From positions 2,789,816-2,853,815 of the forward strand of contig OZ242297.1 of the NCBI GenBank assembly GCA_965207755.1: 64,000 nucleotides of DNA, given 5' to 3'. The stretch is from Acidimicrobiales bacterium (GTDB lineage: Bacteria; Actinomycetota; Acidimicrobiia; Acidimicrobiales; Aldehydirespiratoraceae). The position numbers were made by a program, and so were the translations under genes. Below the pieces are notes generated by a model. The model saw only the letters and a program-made list of their open reading frames with translations, did not search any database and was not told where the DNA came from. Of the stretch, positions 60,843 through 64,000 are shown piece by piece; the first letter of the stretch is position 1; each line of letters begins with the position of its first letter.

Positions 60843-62009
60843 ATGGACTTCGAGCTGGGCGAGGAGGAGCAGGCCATACGGGACCTGACCGCTCAGGTCC
60901 TGGCCGACATGTCCTCGCACGAACGTCTGAAGGCTCTGGCCGCCGAGGGCGACCACGTCGACCGCAAGGCGTGGGCCGCGCTGGCCGGCACCGGCGTCGC
61001 CGGAGCCGTCGTGCCCGAGGCGCACGGCGGCCTCGGTCTGGGATTCCTGGCCACCGCGGTGGCCCTGGAGGAGGTAGGTCGCCACGCCTCGCCCGTGCCG
61101 CTGCTGACCACCGCTGTGATGGGAGCCATGCCGATCGCCACCTACGGCACCGAGGCCCAGCAGGCCTCCTGGCTTCCGGGCCTGGCCGACGGGTCGGTGC
61201 TGGCGTGCGCCGCCCTGGCCGAGGACGGCTCCGCCCCGGATGAGCCGACCACGTCGGCGCGGGCCGGCAACGGCATCTTCACGCTCGACGGCACCAAGGA
61301 CCTGGTCGCGGGAGGCCTCGACGCCGATGTCGCGCTGGTTCCGGCCCGTCTCGACAACGGCGAGGTCGGCATGTTCCTGGTGCCCACCGGCGCCGAAGGC
61401 CTCGAGCGCTTGGCGGTGGAGGTGACGACCGGCCGCCCGGAGGCCCGCTTCGAACTGTCGGGAGTGCGGGTCGGCGCTGAGGCGCTGCTCGGTGGCGGGG
61501 CATCCGACGGCGCGGCATCCGAAGGTGCGGAGATCGTCCGCTTCATCGAGCGGCACGCCAATGTGGGGCTGTGCATGATGATGGCCGGATCGGCCCGGGC
61601 CGCCATCGAGATGACCGCCGGCTACGCCAAGCAGCGCCACCAGTTCGACCGGCCCATCGCCACCTTCCAGGCGGTGAGCCAGCGGGCGGGCGACTCCTAC
61701 ATCGACTCCGAGGCGATCTGGCTGACCGCCTGCCAGGCTGCCTGGCGCCTCTCGGCCGGCCTGCCCGCCGACCGGGAGATCGCCATCGCCAAGTACTGGG
61801 CCTGCGAGGGCGGCTTCCGGGTGGTACACGCCGCGGTGCATGTCCACGGCGGTGTGGGAGTCGACCGCGACTACCCGCTGCACCGCCACTTCCTGGCCGC
61901 CCGCCACATGGAGCTCACCCTCGGCCACGCCGAGGAGCAGTTGGCCGATCTGGGCCGCCAGATCGCTACGCGGGGGCAGAACCGTGGCCGGACGAGACGC
62001 TATTCGTAG
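60843..62009 (+). CDS. acyl-CoA dehydrogenase-family protein, paired with the upstream ACAD
   Basis: The protein begins MDFELGEEEQAIRD and contains GYAKQRHQFDRPIATFQAV. It starts 14 nt after the previous ACAD. Confidence 0.85.
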   Translation: MDFELGEEEQAIRDLTAQVLADMSSHERLKALAAEGDHVDRKAWAALAGTGVAGAVVPEAHGGLGLGFLATAVALEEVGRHASPVPLLTTAVMGAMPIATYGTEAQQASWLPGLADGSVLACAALAEDGSAPDEPTTSARAGNGIFTLDGTKDLVAGGLDADVALVPARLDNGEVGMFLVPTGAEGLERLAVEVTTGRPEARFELSGVRVGAEALLGGGASDGAASEGAEIVRFIERHANVGLCMMMAGSARAAIEMTAGYAKQRHQFDRPIATFQAVSQRAGDSYIDSEAIWLTACQAAWRLSAGLPADREIAIAKYWACEGGFRVVHAAVHVHGGVGVDRDYPLHRHFLAARHMELTLGHAEEQLADLGRQIATRGQNRGRTRRYS

Positions 62010-64000
62010 CGGGTTCCGTTGGCTTTGATGTAGTCGAGCCACAGAGAGCCCGCGTCGGGGGCCAGCTCACCGGGCCGGTAGGTCACCGCCTCCAGCCGGC
62101 CCGAGTACGGGTACGGGCCGTGGCGCTCGTAGACGTCCCAACTGACCGGCGAGCGGCGGTCGACGCCGACGTCGATGCCCTCGAAGGGGGCCATCGCCAT
62201 CAGCGACACCAGCCCGGGAGCCTCCCCCACCGTGTCGCCGTCCACGTTGACGGAGGCGTTCCACACCAGATTGCCGGGATTCTCCATGGTCAGACGCACG
62301 CTCGACGCGCCCTCGGCCAGCGGGCCGCAGTCCAGCACCGTCATGTCTCCGTAGGCGTTGTGGGCCAGGAACAGCCGCTCGTGCTCCACGTACAGCATGT
62401 AGCCGCCGCCCTGGTCGCCGTGGGCCACCAGCACACCGGCGTCGCCAGGCCGCCAGCTAAGGGCAACATCGATGTCGAAGCTCTTCTGGAAGATCAGCTG
62501 CTGGGACCGCCACCGCTCCAGCGTCGGCGTTCCCGGCCTGAGCGTCGTCTCGGCCGCCAGATCGTCGTACCACGGCGGACGCAGGATCCTCACCAGTTGG
62601 TTGCCCTCGTCGAGGGGGAACACCTGGTTGGCCCACGCGGCCCGGTCCCAGGCCTGCTGCATGTCGTCCAGCTTCTCCGGGTGCTCGGCGGCCAGATCGC
62701 GGGTCTCGGTCGGGTCTTCGGCCAGGTTGTGCAGCTCCCAGCGGTCCTGGCTGAAGGGCCTCCGGGGCCGGTGGCAGGTCACCACCGACCAGCCGTCGCG
62801 ATAGAAGCCCCTGTGCCCGAAGTTCTCGTAGTACTGCTCGGGATGGGTGGACGGCGTGGCCGCGTCGGTGATCGTGGACGCGAAGCTGGCCCCGGCCGGG
62901 TCCGGCGCGGGCACGCCGTGACGTGCGGTCGGGACGGTCACGCCGCAGAGTTCGGCCAGGGTCGGGAACACGTCGGTGACGTGCTGGTACTGGGTGCGGA
63001 TGCCGCCGGCCAGCCCCACGCCGGCGGCGCCGAACCGGGCCGGCCAGTTCACGATGAACGGCACGCTGTGGCCGCCCCGGTGGGTGTTGATCTTGTAGAG
63101 CCGGAACGGGGTGCACGACACCATGGCCCAGCCCATCGGGTAGTGGGCCAGGGTTCGGGGCCCTCCCAGCAGGTCGAGGCGGGCGTAGTCGGTGTCGACC
63201 ACCTCCAGGTCGGTGGTGCGCACCTGCGAGAGCAGCGTCCTGAAGTAGGCCGACGTGCCGGTGTACTGGCCCTCCCGGGAGCCGCCGTTGTCGCTGGTGA
63301 ACAGCACGATGGTGTTGTCCCACTCCCCGATGGCCTCGAGGTGGCGGCGCAGGCGGCCGAAGTTGCGGTCGACGTTGTGCACCATCCCCGCGTACACCTC
63401 CATGTACCGGGCGAACAGCTCCTTGGACCGGTCGTCGAGATCGTCCCAGGGGCCGACCTCGTGGAGCTCCTCGGTGTTGCGCGGCGGCAGCACCGCGCCG
63501 GGCGGCACCACGCCCAGCTCCTGCTGGCGCTCGAACCGCTGCTCCCTCAGCGCGTCCCAGCCGGCGGCGTAGCGGCCCCTGAACCGTTCGATGTCGGCGG
63601 CGGGGGCCTGCAGCGGGGCATGGACCGCGCCGTGGGCGAAGTACATGAAGAACGGCCTTCTCGGGTGCGAGGTCCGCAGCTCGTCCACCATCCGGATCGC
63701 CTGGTCGGTCAGGTCGTCGGTGAAGTAGTAGCCGTCCGGGTAGCGCTCGACGTCGATGTGATGGTTGTCCGCGAAGAGGCGGTGGGGATGGTGGAAGTTG
63801 GTGAAGGCCTCGAGGATCCCGTAGTAGCGGTCGAAGCCCCGCTGCAGGGGCCAGCTGGCCTTGGGAGCACCGTCGCTGAGGTGGGCCTCCTTGGTGAGGT
63901 GCCACTTGCCGAGCATGAACGTCGCCCAACCCGCGTCGCGGAACGTCTCGGAGACAGTGACCGCGTTGTCCCGCAGCTCGTGGCTGTAACCCGGGAATCC
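62000..64000 (-). CDS. arylsulfatase-family protein (N-terminus outside the window)
   Basis: Diagnostic segments are GKWHL, HGAVHAPLQAP and LFTSDNGG. The frame stays open upstream of the track start (63916) to the window edge (..GFPGYSHELRDNAVTVSETFRDAGWATFMLGKWH). Confidence 0.85.
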   Translation of the reverse strand, partial: GFPGYSHELRDNAVTVSETFRDAGWATFMLGKWHLTKEAHLSDGAPKASWPLQRGFDRYYGILEAFTNFHHPHRLFADNHHIDVERYPDGYYFTDDLTDQAIRMVDELRTSHPRRPFFMYFAHGAVHAPLQAPAADIERFRGRYAAGWDALREQRFERQQELGVVPPGAVLPPRNTEELHEVGPWDDLDDRSKELFARYMEVYAGMVHNVDRNFGRLRRHLEAIGEWDNTIVLFTSDNGGSREGQYTGTSAYFRTLLSQVRTTDLEVVDTDYARLDLLGGPRTLAHYPMGWAMVSCTPFRLYKINTHRGGHSVPFIVNWPARFGAAGVGLAGGIRTQYQHVTDVFPTLAELCGVTVPTARHGVPAPDPAGASFASTITDAATPSTHPEQYYENFGHRGFYRDGWSVVTCHRPRRPFSQDRWELHNLAEDPTETRDLAAEHPEKLDDMQQAWDRAAWANQVFPLDEGNQLVRILRPPWYDDLAAETTLRPGTPTLERWRSQQLIFQKSFDIDVALSWRPGDAGVLVAHGDQGGGYMLYVEHERLFLAHNAYGDMTVLDCGPLAEGASSVRLTMENPGNLVWNASVNVDGDTVGEAPGLVSLMAMAPFEGIDVGVDRRSPVSWDVYERHGPYPYSGRLEAVTYRPGELAPDAGSLWLDYIKANGTRYE

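Overview
A high-G+C chromosomal segment that looks Actinomycetota-like: most 60-nt lines are above 70% G+C, and the ORF track contains many long shadow ORFs in wrong frames. I recognise no transposase, integrase, CRISPR array or rRNA.

The core is a conserved housekeeping block on the minus strand: PP2C phosphatase, der, DUF512 radical-SAM, rsmE-dnaJ-hrcA, lepA, divergent rpsT, holA-comEC-comEA, a thioredoxin/TPR protein and an F420-type LLM oxidoreductase.

Three accessory regions are present:
- Positions 1 to about 5,950 have lower G+C and end about 35 nt from the 3' end of tRNA-Pro(GGG). They carry the 3' part of a very large ORF ending in a DUF3883-like nuclease module. Convergent to it is an operon of a small ORF, an SF2 DEAH helicase and an Mrr-like nuclease-fold protein. 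I consider this the best candidate for an uncharacterised defence-type system.
- tRNA-Ala(GGC) is followed by a fused nucleotidyltransferase-HEPN gene. Next comes a MacB-like ABC module bracketed by 115-bp imperfect direct repeats, which copy the 5' end of the neighbouring FAD-oxidase gene.
- A 1,384-aa protein combines a TadE-like pseudopilin N-terminus, nine Calx-beta-like repeats and a low-G+C C-terminal domain. It sits on a decayed tpx paralogue.

The rest of the window holds two acyl-CoA metabolism clusters (ACADs, family III CoA-transferases, a double hot-dog hydratase, a crotonase and an HpcH aldolase). It also holds an RCC1-repeat lipoprotein, a YceI + CxxCH + PHM-like copper monooxygenase fusion, a ROK kinase, an RTX-like repeat lipoprotein and a partial sulfatase.

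Two non-coding patterns recur and are not explained by gene calls:
- MIRU-like tandem arrays of 39-75 bp units lie exactly at gene junctions. Several re-create the upstream stop codon, and some open small ORFs that bridge to the next start codon.
- A family of 48-49-nt two-tier hairpins with GAAyT...ArTTC outer stems lies just downstream of stop codons.
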